Assembly: GCF_000143415.4 (NCBI RefSeq)
Contig: NW_003314287.1
Span: 952,203-1,016,202 of the forward strand
Source: Selaginella moellendorffii
Lineage: Eukaryota; Plantae; Lycopodiophyta
DNA length: 64,000 bases
Direction: 5' to 3'
In this document: positions 28,381-41,092 of the stretch, piece after piece
How positions within the stretch are numbered: position 1 is the first letter of the stretch
Layout: each line of letters opens with the position of its first letter
The notes under the pieces: generated by a model
Told to the model about the DNA's origin: nothing
The model's input: the letters and a program-made list of their open reading frames with translations, nothing else
Databases searched by the model: none
Translations under genes and position numbers: made by a program

Positions 28381-31207
28381 GGAGGACCACCACTAGTACT
28401 GCAACTTACTCGAGAGTTCCTCTTCCAGTAGTGTTGACTAGAGGCTATGACGGGGTCACACTCACCAGTCGTAGCAGCATCCATGATTGTTGCGGCCAAG
28501 CATTCTCTGGCTGTTGGTGGTGCCGCTCGTGATTCTCCTCCTCTCGAGTACAATCATCCAAATCCATTCCTGCAAACAAAGCAAAGGAAATGGATGATGA
28601 GTGTACCGATTCCAATCGAACTTCCCAGAAACACACGTACATCATCTCACAGTGCTGCTGCCGTGTTCTCGAGTGAATCCAGCCCACACCATCCACATTT
28701 CTCCATCGCGAATGCGCCGCGCAAATCGGAGAAGCAAAGAATACCGGTGGATGCTCCAAGAAATTAGAAGGAATGAAAGCGAGGTCCGAAGAAAACGTGC
28801 ATAAAAGATGGGGCAATCTCCCAAATATTTTCGCCCATACGCGAATCACCTCACACTCGTCGAGATCATGTCGCGAGCGATCCAAGATCCTGCAAAGCAC
28901 GCGCAGGATCTCTCGTGAGGCGGTCGCTTGCGCGCCCGCTGCCTGTGCCGCAATCAATCAATCCCACTTGATCGATCGCCCGCGCTTACCTCTCGCTCTC
29001 GCAATCACGGGCGCTCCTCTCGGGCAATAAAATCCATCCATCTCTTGAATGCGATGCGATGCCACTAGAGAAGGAGAATAGCTAGAAAAGAAAAGAGAGG
29101 GGGAAAAACCTACAAAGCTTGTTTGTTGTTGTGAAAGATCTGGCCTTCTTTCTTTCTTGCGCTGCCGCCGTCCCAAAACGGCAGGTCCCCAAAATGCCGC
29201 CCTCGCATCCCGGCCGTCCAAACTAGGGCTGGCGTCAAGCACGGTCGTTTAGTTAAATACGTGGAATTTGACTTTGTCGGATTCATGTTGTGGACGTGGG
29301 TTTGGGGTTTGCAGTCAAAGACGCTGCACCCCACCAACGTGACACCACCCTATAAATCTCTGTTCTTTGTTTGGTTTGATCTTGCTGACGTCACAACCAA
29401 GGCATGGATTTTCAAACAGTTGACATTGGCATGCTTTAGACATATCATCCAGAATCTAGAAATGTAATGTAATTCCCTTTTTTTTATTATTATAAGAAAG
29501 CTCTTCTCTTATTCATGATTATTCACAATATATTCTTTAGGCACTAAGTAAAAAGCATAAAATTCACCTCACCCATAGTCTTCACTTTCAATTTAAGACT
29601 TTTAAACCAAAAGAAATAGCTGGTCCTCTTGGTTCTAAATAATAGCTTTAATTTAATAGAAATAAACAATAGCATAACAACTCAAACTAATTTACCACTT
29701 ATTCATTTGGATAGGTAAATTTAAATATTGACTTTGCTGCTATTAAAATTTGCTATCATCAACTTGGACTTTGTGAAAGTAATGATCATTTACAACAAAA
29801 TTAATGATAATAAATAATAAGTAAAGAAATGTTTTATCATTTAAAATAATTAATAATTGAAATGAGGAACCAATTTCTACTTTTGAAATTTTATTAAATA
29901 ATTATAATTAAATTTAAATATTTTTGTGGATCAACGTAAAATATATTTAGATATTCTGGGATATTCTACCATCTAATGGTTGTTATTCATTAGATTAATC
30001 TTGTATTTATAATTTATAAGCTATCTAAACACGAGTATATTTTAGTTTATTCACCATCCAATGGTTGATATATGATAGAATTTAATCTTCTATTTATAAA
30101 TTACAAGTAATTTTATAATTATAAACTTCCAATATGATCAATTAAATTAGAATATAATAAGTATTACTATTAAGCAAACTAAGTTTTGCTGCATGCAATA
30201 TGCATTAGTTTGGTTTAACTGAGAGAAATTTTGGAGGGTTCCCATTACCCTTAATTTTAATGTTTATATCAGTAATAATAAGGTGCATGGAACAAGGGGT
30301 TTTAGGGAGGGACACCCACTATCCCCTAATTCTAATGCTATATTAATAATGGAATGCATAGGATAAAGTGTTAAAATTCTTCCTTTTGCAAAACTTCTTT
30401 TAGGGGATGCATGAAACTCACCTTTAATTATAAACTTGATGAATGACTCAATCTCCAAGCTCAGCAATGTTAATAATATTGCTAAAAAAAAAGATTATAC
30501 AGAGTTGAAGGTCATGTTATTTATTTACTTGATGCATCCTATTAAAGGCACAAAGTACTCTTAGTATTAAAACCAATTTAAAACATATTTTATATTAAAT
30601 AATTAGACTTTATTTCTTTTTATTTTTTTCAAGGCCTCCAAAAAGTCTAATATTTAATTATGACTATTTGATATTTGGATAACAAAAAATTTTAAATACA
30701 ATCAAAATATAATAATAATTTACTGGTGTTTGTATAAAATGGCAATCATTACTTATAAAAAATAAAACAAATTTAACTAAATTGGGAAAAACTATTTTAG
30801 TGCACTATGATTCAAAGCGTCATCCTTAAAATTAGGAATAAAATCATAACTTATTGAATCTGAAGAACCAAAATGACAATCCCAATTCTAAGTATAATGG
30901 AGTCTCTTCCTCTCGGCCTCCCACCGGCCGCGGCAGAGCAGCCGCTGGGTGGCGCGTGGTCATCATTGGGATCGTCGGTAGTTGTCAGGCACAAAATTTC
31001 AATAGTAGACTATACAGATTATCAATTCGAAATTTATACACTGGAATTAGATTTTTACAAAAATTTACTAAATTCAAGCACTTTCAATTTTCAACTTCTT
31101 AACAAAATTACATATTAATTTTACAAGTGAAACAGGCAACACTTATTTTAATTGAACTTTGTCAATTAGTGGGTTGAAGATAGATTCAGTATAAGCCAAT
31201 ACAAACT

Positions 31208-34200
31208 TTAGACACGCTGCCTCTTGTTCCTTCTTGTGCTTCTCCCTGTGTCATTCTGGAACTTCTTCTCGTAGCTCTCGTCACTGTCACTTGGATTGGC
31301 TTCCTCTTCTTCGTCTTCTTCATCCTCCTCTTCTTCTACTACTTCCTCCTCCTCCACCTCTCCTTGTTCTTCTTCTTCCTCTTGTTCTTGTTCTTCTTCG
31401 TCTTCTTGTTCTTCTTCCTCCTCCACTTCCTCCTCGGACTCGTGTTGCTGCTGCTGCTGCTGTTGGCTCGATCTCTTCCGCTTCAGCTTTCTCCAGTCTT
31501 GCGACTGCTGCGAGCTCTCGGGCTTGTCCTCGGTGCTGGACGTCGGCGCCTCGCTCTCGGAATCCTTGGCGTTGGCGTAGCGAGTCTTTACGACAGTCTC
31601 CCTGTATCTCGTACGCACTTTTAAAACGATCGGACCTTTGCTGCTGCTGTTGCCTGCTGATCCGCTTCTCCTGGAGCCCGTCTGTGGTGTCGACGACAAT
31701 TCCCGAAGGCTCGACCTTGTCCTCTTTGATAACGCCACCTCCGTCACATCTTGTCCGTCCTCCACGGCCTTGAGCCACTGCGAGTCGCTGAGAATGTCCG
31801 AGTAGATCACTTCCTTTCTCTTCCGTTTGCCTTCGAGTGGAGTGGAGTCGTTGTTTGTGGCAATGTCGTCGGTCTTGAGAAACACCCACTCGGGCACCTC
31901 GTGTTCCTCCATCAGCCGAGACCTGTATCCTTCGTCCTTGCGTCTCTCCTCGTCCATCTCCTCGAAGAGCTCGAATTCCTCCTCGGACGACGCCGTCAAG
32001 CGGTTGATCTCCCGCTCGCTTGGGACGTCCGCCGACAAGTTGGACGTTCCTTTTCTCATGATCTCCTCGAGAAGTTCCCGCCTCTCCTGAGCTGGAAGAA
32101 CACAGAAAGCGTAAGTTAGAAATAGGAAAAACAAAGGTTATAAAAACGTTACGGGTGGATGTGGTGTTGAAAAGCCCAGCCTGGATAACTTTTGCGTCGA
32201 TTCCCATCTTTGACTTTGCTCGCTCCAAGATCTCCTCCTCGATAGATCCCACACTGACGAGCACGAAGACATGAACTTCCTTCTTCTGTCCGATACGGTG
32301 CGCTCTGTCCTCTGCCTGCTGATCCATCTGTGGATTCCAATCGCTGTCGAAAATAATAACTGTGTCTGCTGTCTGAAGATTGAGCCCGAGGCCACCAGCA
32401 CGGGTGCTGAGAAGAAACATAAAATATGGGGAGTCCTCCGCATTAAACATTTGAAGCTTTTTGCCACGGTCCTCCGTCTTTGTCGTCCCATCAAGCCGTA
32501 GATAAGTAAATCCGCGCGTCGTCAAGTACATTTCCAATAAATCCATCAGACGAGTCATCTGAGAAAATAGCAGCACCCTGTGTCCGGTCTTTTGGAGCTT
32601 GGGCAGCAACCGGTCTAAGAGCTCAAACTTGCCGGACGCGCGAATAATCTCGTCACGATCTCGTGGTTCGTAATCCTTGTTGAGAAACAGGTAAGGGTGA
32701 TTACAGCATTTCCGGAGCTGCATCACCGTGTTTTGCAGCCCCACTTGCTTTTTTCCAGAGCCTAGATTTCAAAACAGTTAGAGCAACAACTACAAAACAA
32801 AACGAATGACGAGAACCTACCAGTAAGCAGTCCAACACGACGAGATTCGATCATTTGTTGATAATAAAGTTTCTGCCATGCGGAAAGGTCGCATTTTAGC
32901 ATCACTTGCGTCTTTGTAGGTAGAAATTTTTCCACTTCAGACTTCTTTCTTCTCAACAAAAAGGGCCGAAGGACCTGTGAAAATTACGTTTTAAACTAAA
33001 AAGAGAAGGAATAAGGAAGTCGTACCTGATGCAAACGCCTTATAATCAAAAGTTGTTCTTCTTCTGTAAGAGAAACTTCCGCTCGATCGGCAAATGGTGC
33101 ATTAAACCATTCCTCAAAATTCCCGCTAGAATTGAAAATTGCAGGTAAAATGAAGTTCAATAGAGACCATAGTTCTTGTAGACTGTTTTGAATGGGTGTT
33201 CCTGTTAAGAGCAATCTCCGCCTTATGTGATACCTGCACAAACACATAATTAATACCAGAACAACGCAAGCAGCAATCTTACCCGGCAGAAAGGGTTCGA
33301 GCGAGCATACAGTCGTGATTTTTCAGACGATGCCCCTCATCAACAACCATGTAATGCCAACGAATCTTTTTAAGAAACTGTTTGTCACGCATTATTAGAT
33401 CGTAGTGTGTTATAAGCACGTTGAAAGATCCTTCACCGGCATGTTGCTCTCTGAGAATTCTGCGATCTTCGGCACGACCATCATACATAACTACGGAAAC
33501 ACTGTCCAAAAAAATCCAACAAGGTTCAAGCGAAAACTTATAAAACAAGTCGGAAACATTACCTCGGAACCCAAGTACTAAACTCGTGAGCCCAGTTCGG
33601 TAAGACAGCCTTGGGTGCTACGATGATATGTGGACCATTCAGGCCCTTGTTCTCAATAAGGTATGCAAATAAAGCAATGGTCTGTATAGTCTTACCCAAA
33701 CCCATCTCATCGGCCAGTATCCCGTTCAAGTTATTGTTATAGAGGGAGAGCATCCATTGGAGTCCCTCAATCTGATAAATTCTCAGTTGCCCTCCTTCCA
33801 GCATTGCAGGTTGTTCAGTGACCTGCAAGAAAAAGTGTCAAGCTAAACATTAAACAACTCAAACGGAAAACTTGCCTGCTCCTCAATCTGGTGAACAGCA
33901 GAATTGTACTGCCTTTGTCCTTCAAGATAGTCTCTCTTTTTAGTATCAACGTCACCCTTCCCAGATTCAGGTTTGGATTTCGGAGATGACAAGCTCGACG
34001 GATCTTTCGTTACATCTCGATTCCGGTCCTTGTGCTTATCCCGTTTGTTAAAAGCTTCAACCGGGTCTGTATCCTTTTGCTCTTGAACCATGGCACCCAG
34101 ACGCTGCAGTAAGTCATCTGTTTTTGATAACAGTGTCGTCAGCCGCTCATTTTTGCTCTCTTCCACCATGCGCATGTACGCTTCTTGGTCATCGGCTCTA

Positions 34201-35388
34201 AGCGCCTGATATCTCAGCCTTTCAGCGCGTGTGGCCCGCTGCTTTTGTTTCGCATGCCAGTTCTACAGGAAAAAAAACTGTCAGCAGAGATCTAGTGGAA
34301 AATGCAAACAAACGTACAATAATCCCATCATTGCGCTGCTTTTGAAGCTTCACAATTTGCTGGCCTTGTAGAAGAAACTCCCTACCAAAATTCATAAGTT
34401 CGCTAAAGAATTTTCGTTTCCTTGTTTGTATCCTGTCTTGTTCAGCTTGTTCAAGCCGCCTTTGCCTCTGACACACAAAAAATAAAAAATAAGGAAAAAA
34501 AAAGTACTAATAGTAAAATATACCTCGTCTTCTCTTTTCTTCCGCATCTGCTCGTCTGAACCACTGTAAGCAGAGCCAGTGTATCCACCCAGAAACGATG
34601 ATAAATGATAGCGCAATCTCATTAGTCCCCAATCAACTAAGTGAGTTTCCACTCGGTTGCATGTCTGCTTAAGTCGTAGCTCCGTGGCAACCTCGAATCT
34701 AACTTTCCTTTGAAGTCCTAGCAGCTATCCAAACAAATCATGAGGCCCAGCATAAAAAAAAGCGATTGTTTGGGACTTACCTTAAGCGTATTGAGCTCTA
34801 TCTTAGAACTTGGTTGCATTTCTTCGCTTGACAAGCCTGGGAAGAAGCACGTAGAAAAGAAGTCTAAGCCAAAAAATTCTTACTTCCAAGTTCTTTCAGC
34901 CGACGCTTGAGCCGGCCGTAGAAACGAGACTCCTCGGACCTTCGCAGCCGTGCCGCCGAGACGTACTTGGAGTGCTCCAGCGACGACTCGAAATTATGGA
35001 GCAGCACCCCTCTCTCCTCCTGCATTCGCAACACCAGTCAAACTCTGAGAGCTAGACATCCCCGAAATACCTCCAAATCCAGCAATCCATCCATGCCATC
35101 GTGATTCTCCTCTGGCTCCGGCTGATGCTTCTGCAGAGAGAAGGATCAATCCCGCATCATTTTCCTGCGGACAAGACCTACCTTCTGATCGGCAATCCAG
35201 CCCTCACGCAGGCGCGCCACGGATTCCAGCAATGCGCCCGGCAGCGCCACATCCCTGGCGATCAAACAAAGCGCCCGGAGAAGGAGCTTGAGCTGTCGGC
35301 GCTGCTCCAGCGACAACACGAGATCCTCCGGCAGCTCATCGAGGAATTGATGCGAAATTTGCCCATCGCTGAAAACACCCATGGACAT
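31208..35388 (-). CDS. SWI2/SNF2 chromatin remodeller, MINU1/2 (CHR12/CHR23)-like
   Basis: N-terminal [18 protein letters not shown]-like region, [40 protein letters not shown], Sn[13 protein letters not shown] and an acidic tail. No bromodomain. Confidence 0.93.
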
Positions 35389-35579
35389 AATTTCCTTCCC
35401 AGGGAAACAAAAACCCTAGACTAAAATAGGGCATCCGCCCACAGATAAGCGGAATATGCCCGCCGCCTGATAGAATGTTCCTCTTCCATTTGTACTTACA
35501 AGTTCTTGTCTTTGTTAAAAAACTCCCTATAGCAACAAAACTGCTACACAGCGAATCAATTATATATACGCGCTTCCTC

Positions 35580-35655
35580 CCCGAGAGTGGTGGTGTTCGT
35601 CCTCAATCCTGGGAGATCCCGAGAGTGGTGGTGTTCTTCCTCAATCCTGGGAGAT
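35580..35655. repeat. 38-nt tandem duplication spanning the ERECTA-like stop codon
   Basis: cccgagagtggtggtgttc(g/t)tcctcaatcctgggagat occurs twice. Confidence 0.9.
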
Positions 35656-38600
35656 AACTTCACCGAATTTCATGAAGAGATGGCCACCGGAGTTCGTGCT
35701 GCTGGCCGAGAGATTGTCCGCGTGCTTGCTCTCGGCATAGTCGTCAATGTAGCGCCGCTGGTTTGGATTCGACGAGACCGATTTCTTGGAGAGTGCCGGC
35801 ACTGGCGAGAGCGAGAAGAGAACGTTTGCGACGTCGTGCATTGCCGGTCGCTGGGCCGCTTGCTTTTGAGCGCAGAGTAGAGCCAGCCGGATCATCTTTT
35901 GGACGGTGCCAATGTCTTGGCAAGTGTCTTTGATCTCGGCGTCGATCACTTCCATGACGGTGTTGTTGTTTACGTGACTCAATACCTGGACACAAGAAAG
36001 TAAGAACGTAGTTCTAGCGAGGAAAAGATCACGTACCCATTGATGCAAGTTCCTTTCGTCGTCTACGGCTTTTAATCCGGTGATGAGCTCCAGGAGGACG
36101 ATGCCATAGCTATACACGTCCGACTTCTCGTTTAGCCTCGACGTGCGCGCGTACTCGGGGTCGATATACCCTATGGTTCCCAGGACAAAAGTCGATGTGT
36201 GCGTCTTCGTCGGACATATGCTCTTGGCGATTCCAAAGTCTGATATGTGCGCGTCGAAGTTCTCGTCCAGCAAGATGTTTGAGGACTTGACGTCCCGGTG
36301 AATGATCCGCGGACTGCAATCGTGGTGAAGATATGCCAGCCCCTGGGCGGCTCCCAGAGCAATTTTAAGACGTGTATCCCAGTCCAGCTTTACTTTTCTC
36401 ACTGGTCCTGTAACACAAGCGTGATGAACAAAGAAGCTTCGAACCGAGAAAGATCTCATACCGTGCAAGACGTCCCACAAACTTCCGTTTTCCAAATAGT
36501 CATAAAACAAAAGGTTGCCTGCCGGTGACAACGAGTATCCGTGTAAGCCAACAAGGTTCCGGTGCTTGATATGGCCCAGAGTTTCCAGCTCCGTTTCAAA
36601 CTCGTGAATGTTTTGAGGGAAGTGGTTGTACAGCTTCTTGATGGCAACTGTCTTTCCATTCTTGAGCGAGCATTTGTAAACAGTACTAGAAGCTCCGCGG
36701 CCAATTATGAAGCGTTCGTTAAGATTGTCTGTGATCCTCATAACATCATCGTAGCTGTGGCACGCCATGTCCATGTGAAGAACAACAAGGTTGGGCGGAC
36801 CTGTGTAAAACACGAAACAATATTAAAGACTGACAGTGGCAAAGCTGAAGAATGCGTGCGTACCTTGGCCAGTTTTGCTTGAACCCTTGGCGAACGGTTT
36901 AGAATGATTCAATCTTATGCCCAAGAAAACCAGTAGAAGAACCAAACAGATTGCAGCTATTGCTATACCCATGATTGCCGTTGCTCCAATAGTATTGGAC
37001 TGCTTAGAGCGATAACCGCAGACAGTTTTAGTGGAAGTTCCGCATAGTTGTGAGTTACCAATGTAACTGTAAAAGGAGAGATGAGAAAACCGAAAGCGAA
37101 CCATGTCTCAAATACCTGTCGGGCGTGAATTTTGAAAATATTGTGCCCGACGGTACCTCTCCAGAGAGGTTGTTATACGAAACATTCCTACAGAAAATTG
37201 TCAGTCACACAAAACACTGCTCAATGTCGAGCTTACAGGATGTTGAGACTAAAACAATTCGTAAGTTGAACTGGAATAGCACCTGATAACTTGTTGTGTT
37301 GCAGAAACCTATCAACATTGGGCAAAAATTAGTTCTATGAAAGCGAGTAACATGAATCCTTACAGAGTATTTAATGTCTGTAACTGGCCTAACTCTGGGG
37401 GTATGTTCCCTGAAAGCTTATTTTGCGAAAGATCCCTGAAGTTGTGTGTTAGCGGCGCGCTAGAAAACAGAAAGCAGCAGAAATAAATCTTACAGCAAGT
37501 CAATACTCCGTAAATTTCCAAACTCCGATGGGATCTTTCCTGAAATATCGTTATTGCGCAAAATCCTGCCATTCGATCGTATAAGAAACATCAACTCGCA
37601 GAAATCACACTTACAATGTCAATAGATGTTCTAGGTCACCAACAGAGCTTGGAATGGAACCACTGATATAGTTATCAGACACGTCCAAAGTATCCAGATT
37701 TACTATGTGACCAAAGTCGTCAGGAATACTGCCGCTGAAGAGATTTGACGATAAATTCCTGCAACAACGATAAATTATAGTCAAACCACGCAGCACGGAA
37801 TAAACCACTTACAGATAGGTCAGGCTATCAAGCTTCTTCAGTTGCGGTGGAATGCTCCCATTTAGACGGTTTCCGTGCACATTGCTGGCAATACGAAAGA
37901 ATTAGCGACTCGAGCCCAAATACAGACAACTTACAGATAGTTCAGAGCATTGCAAGAGCTTATGTTTTCAGGAATACGCCCATACAGCTGATTGTTAGCC
38001 AGGTTCCTGCTGTAAACTATTAACACAAGCAATACAACCGAAAAAAGACGTACAACTCAAATAGCTCGCTTAAAGATCCAAGCTCAGATGGAATTTCTCC
38101 AGTCAGTTGATTATCATTGAGTTGCCTGCATTGTAAAGCAGATCGCTAATCAATCGTAACACAAATAATCGTAAACTTACAAGTAGCTTAACTTCGTCAT
38201 GTTACCAAGCTCGGGAGGAATAGTTCCGGTAAGTAAGTTACCGTGCAAATACCTGGCGTTTCCTTAAACTTAGTTCAACGCCTTGACAGCAAGTTCAAGT
38301 ACATACAATTTACCCGTATACGTCAAATTTCCCAAAAGAGCGGGTATGTCACCAACTAGACGATTATCGCTCAAATCCCTATAAAGCATCAAGATTGTTA
38401 ACTACAACTAGCCAAATAAATTGAATTTACTTACAATACCGCAAGGGCCTGCATAAGCCCAATCACTTCAGGTATTTTTCCTGAAAACTGGTTGCCTTGA
38501 AGTGATCTGATACAAAACATTATAACATTCAGGAAAACGAGACGAATAAACCTACAGGGTGGCCACTTGCAAAAAGCCAATGTTGTATGGTATTTCTCCA

Positions 38601-39923
38601 TTCAGGCGATTATATGCTAGATCTCTGCACCAAAACCCATGTCACGTGAATGAGAACACCGAATGAATGTAAAGATTGTAATCCACATACAAGATTTCAA
38701 AACTTGTGCAGTTGCCTATGTTATCAGGAATAATCCCAGAGATATTGTTGCTGCGCACATCACTGAAAGGCAACCTTCCCGTAAGTCCGTGACAAAAATC
38801 AATGACAGAAACTTACAAGTACCAAAGCCCGGTCAAACGGCACATATCAGAAGACAGCGTTCCGCTGAGAGAATTGTCTCTGAGCCCCCTGTTCCAAATG
38901 ATAGACATAAAATCATTCCTATGAAAAAATGAGACTTACAGGTACTGTAAAACCTCGCTCCAATACAAGAGCGTGGGTATCTCTCCAGTGAGCTGATTTT
39001 GAGCAAGATCCCTGCCCGTCAGAGCAATAAGATTAGCAAAAGCATTCACCAGAACAGCCTCAAACTCACAGCGTCTTCAGATTCGGCAGCTGAGAGAGGG
39101 TCGATGGAATGGGTCCCGTGAGCTGATTGCTTTTGAGAATCCTGCACCCACATGAACGCATGAGACAGATATTTTCGGAGACAATCGGCCATATACGCAC
39201 AGAGTTTCAAGCTGTTTGAGCTGCGATACTGAAAAGGGGATGTCTCCGACCAATGCATTGAAGGATAAATCTCTGAGAAACAGCGTCAGACCCAGCAAAT
39301 CTTGAGAACAATACAGGCTCACATGTATTTTAGAACAGCACAGTCGCCTATTTCATCAGGAATCTGACCACCAATGCTGTTCTCTCGCAAATCCCTGCCA
39401 GACATACGCATTAGACTCCAAACTCCACGAAAACAGCTCCATCCAAGCTTACAGATACTGAAGACTTTTCAACTTTCCTACCGATGGAGATATCACTCCG
39501 GAGAGGCTCAACTGGGTGAGATTCCTGCACAAAACAAATCAGATGTGCGCAATGTACATGAAGCGTGAAGCAAAAAACACATACAGTCCAGTAACGGAAA
39601 GTGTCACGTTGTCACATGTAACTCCCCTCCAAAAGCAAGGATCGTGATCAGCGGAACCATCCCAATCGTAAAGAGCATTGCCGGCATTACTGAACGACTT
39701 CTTGATCTCGAGCAAAACCGCGCCTGGGAACGGAGCAACAAACAACTTAGAACGCCCAACGTAGACCGAGGATCCAGAAACCAAGAAAAAGGAGCAGCAG
39801 AGAAAAGAAATCACAGAAACAGATACTCTACTCACCGTCGTTGGAGAGCGCAGCAGCCTCCTGAGCTACACCAGCCCAGAAAAGCAGCAAGCCCACAAGC
39901 AGAAAGAACGAACGTAGAGCCAT
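35641..39923 (-). CDS. ERECTA-family LRR receptor-like kinase
   Basis: Signal peptide exon, LLEIKKSF...LYDW...CFWRGVTCDN, one ~72-nt exon per LRR, PPNLVVLHMDMA, YDDVMRITDNL, HRDVKSSN, YARTSRLNEKSDVYS and terminal LFMKFGEVISQ. Confidence 0.95.
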
Positions 39924-40969
39924 ATCAAATAGCTTGAGAACCTCGAGCGAGAAGGAGCGCGAGAGCTCGAGGCTAGCTGCTACACTTCCACAGAGATCAG
40001 ACCGAATGACGCTCGGTCATTGTACGCCCCTGCATTGGTTCCCCCGAGCCCACACTGCTAACATCCCGGCGTAGAAATTCGCAGCCGCCCTCTACAAGCT
40101 AGCTCCTCCTTTCCAAGCCACCATAGCGAGCCCTGCGTTTACACCTCCCTTCCCTGGCAAAAGTCCAGAAAATATATCCCTTTCCTCTTGGCTAAACCCC
40201 TGTCCCTCAATCAAGGCGGCAAAACCCCTCCACTGCCGCTGCCAAGAACCTGCATTCCTGTGTTGTGCTGCTGTGCGGCCCCTCAAAAAAGGCAAGCAGC
40301 GGCTGTTGAGTCACTTCCCTCCCATTCACTGCTCCAAATCGCTGGAAAAGAAAGACCCCCACCTCTCTCTCACCTCTTGTCCCTAGCGCGACCCAGAAGG
40401 CTGCCAAGAACTGGGGGCAATCGATTTCAAACCAAAATTATTCAAGCGCAGCACCTCCCAGTTCCCCAGTTGGAGCAGCGCCAGCGCCAGCGCCAGCGCC
40501 GGCAGCCATCGCCATCAGTGATCAGACTGGAGCACGCAAAAACTGGAACATTAGCAAGCACAACACCGATCCGTGTCAATTCCGACGCCGCGCCCCACGC
40601 CAGGCCGATATTATGCCCATGAAAGCTCCACCGCAGCAGAAATCCGTCCTTGGATGAGAGCGAGCTGGATCCGATCCTCCAAAATATTCCAAGAAACCAG
40701 GAGCGGGGGAAAGATCGATCGATCGATCGCGCTGCTGCCGCTGCCGCTGCTGCCGCGGAGCCGATCGACACCCTGCAATGCAATCTCTTGGCGCCGGAGA
40801 AGTGATGAACCTAAATGCCGAGGAGGAACAAGAGACGCATTTTGGCAGGGATCGATAATCCGCCCCGGCGGGCTCTTGATTGCTAAAATTCACTTTACTC
40901 CGTTTTACCTGACGGGTAAAAGCTTTCTACCACCCCGTCCATACACGCTCTCCCACATGGGGCGACGAT

Positions 40970-41092
40970 AAGGACGTATGTCCTCACCCCAAAAACTCCC
41001 CGCCCAGCAGCAGCAGAGCGATAAGGACATATGTCCTTGGCGCGCTTCTGGGCGCTAAGGACGGGTGTCCTTGATGCAAGGACACAATCCTT
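40970..41092. repeat. Array of four spaced palindromes AAGGAC-N4-GTCCTT
   Basis: Copies at 40970 (aaggac gtat gtcctc), 41023 (aaggac atat gtcctt), 41057 (aaggac gggt gtcctt) and 41078 (aaggac acaa tcctt). Confidence 0.8.

Noticed and set aside
30264-30467. Minus-strand ...IIKGE...GCP.. as a LINE reverse-transcriptase relic
   Set aside because: Motif too degenerate, and neighbouring candidate fragments are in the wrong order.
40951-40960. TCCCACATGG resembles the plant snRNA USE
   Set aside because: Imperfect, with no correctly spaced TATA and no snRNA body nearby.
40970-41092. Palindrome array as a CRISPR-like array
   Set aside because: Eukaryotic context, 16-nt units, irregular spacers and no cas genes.
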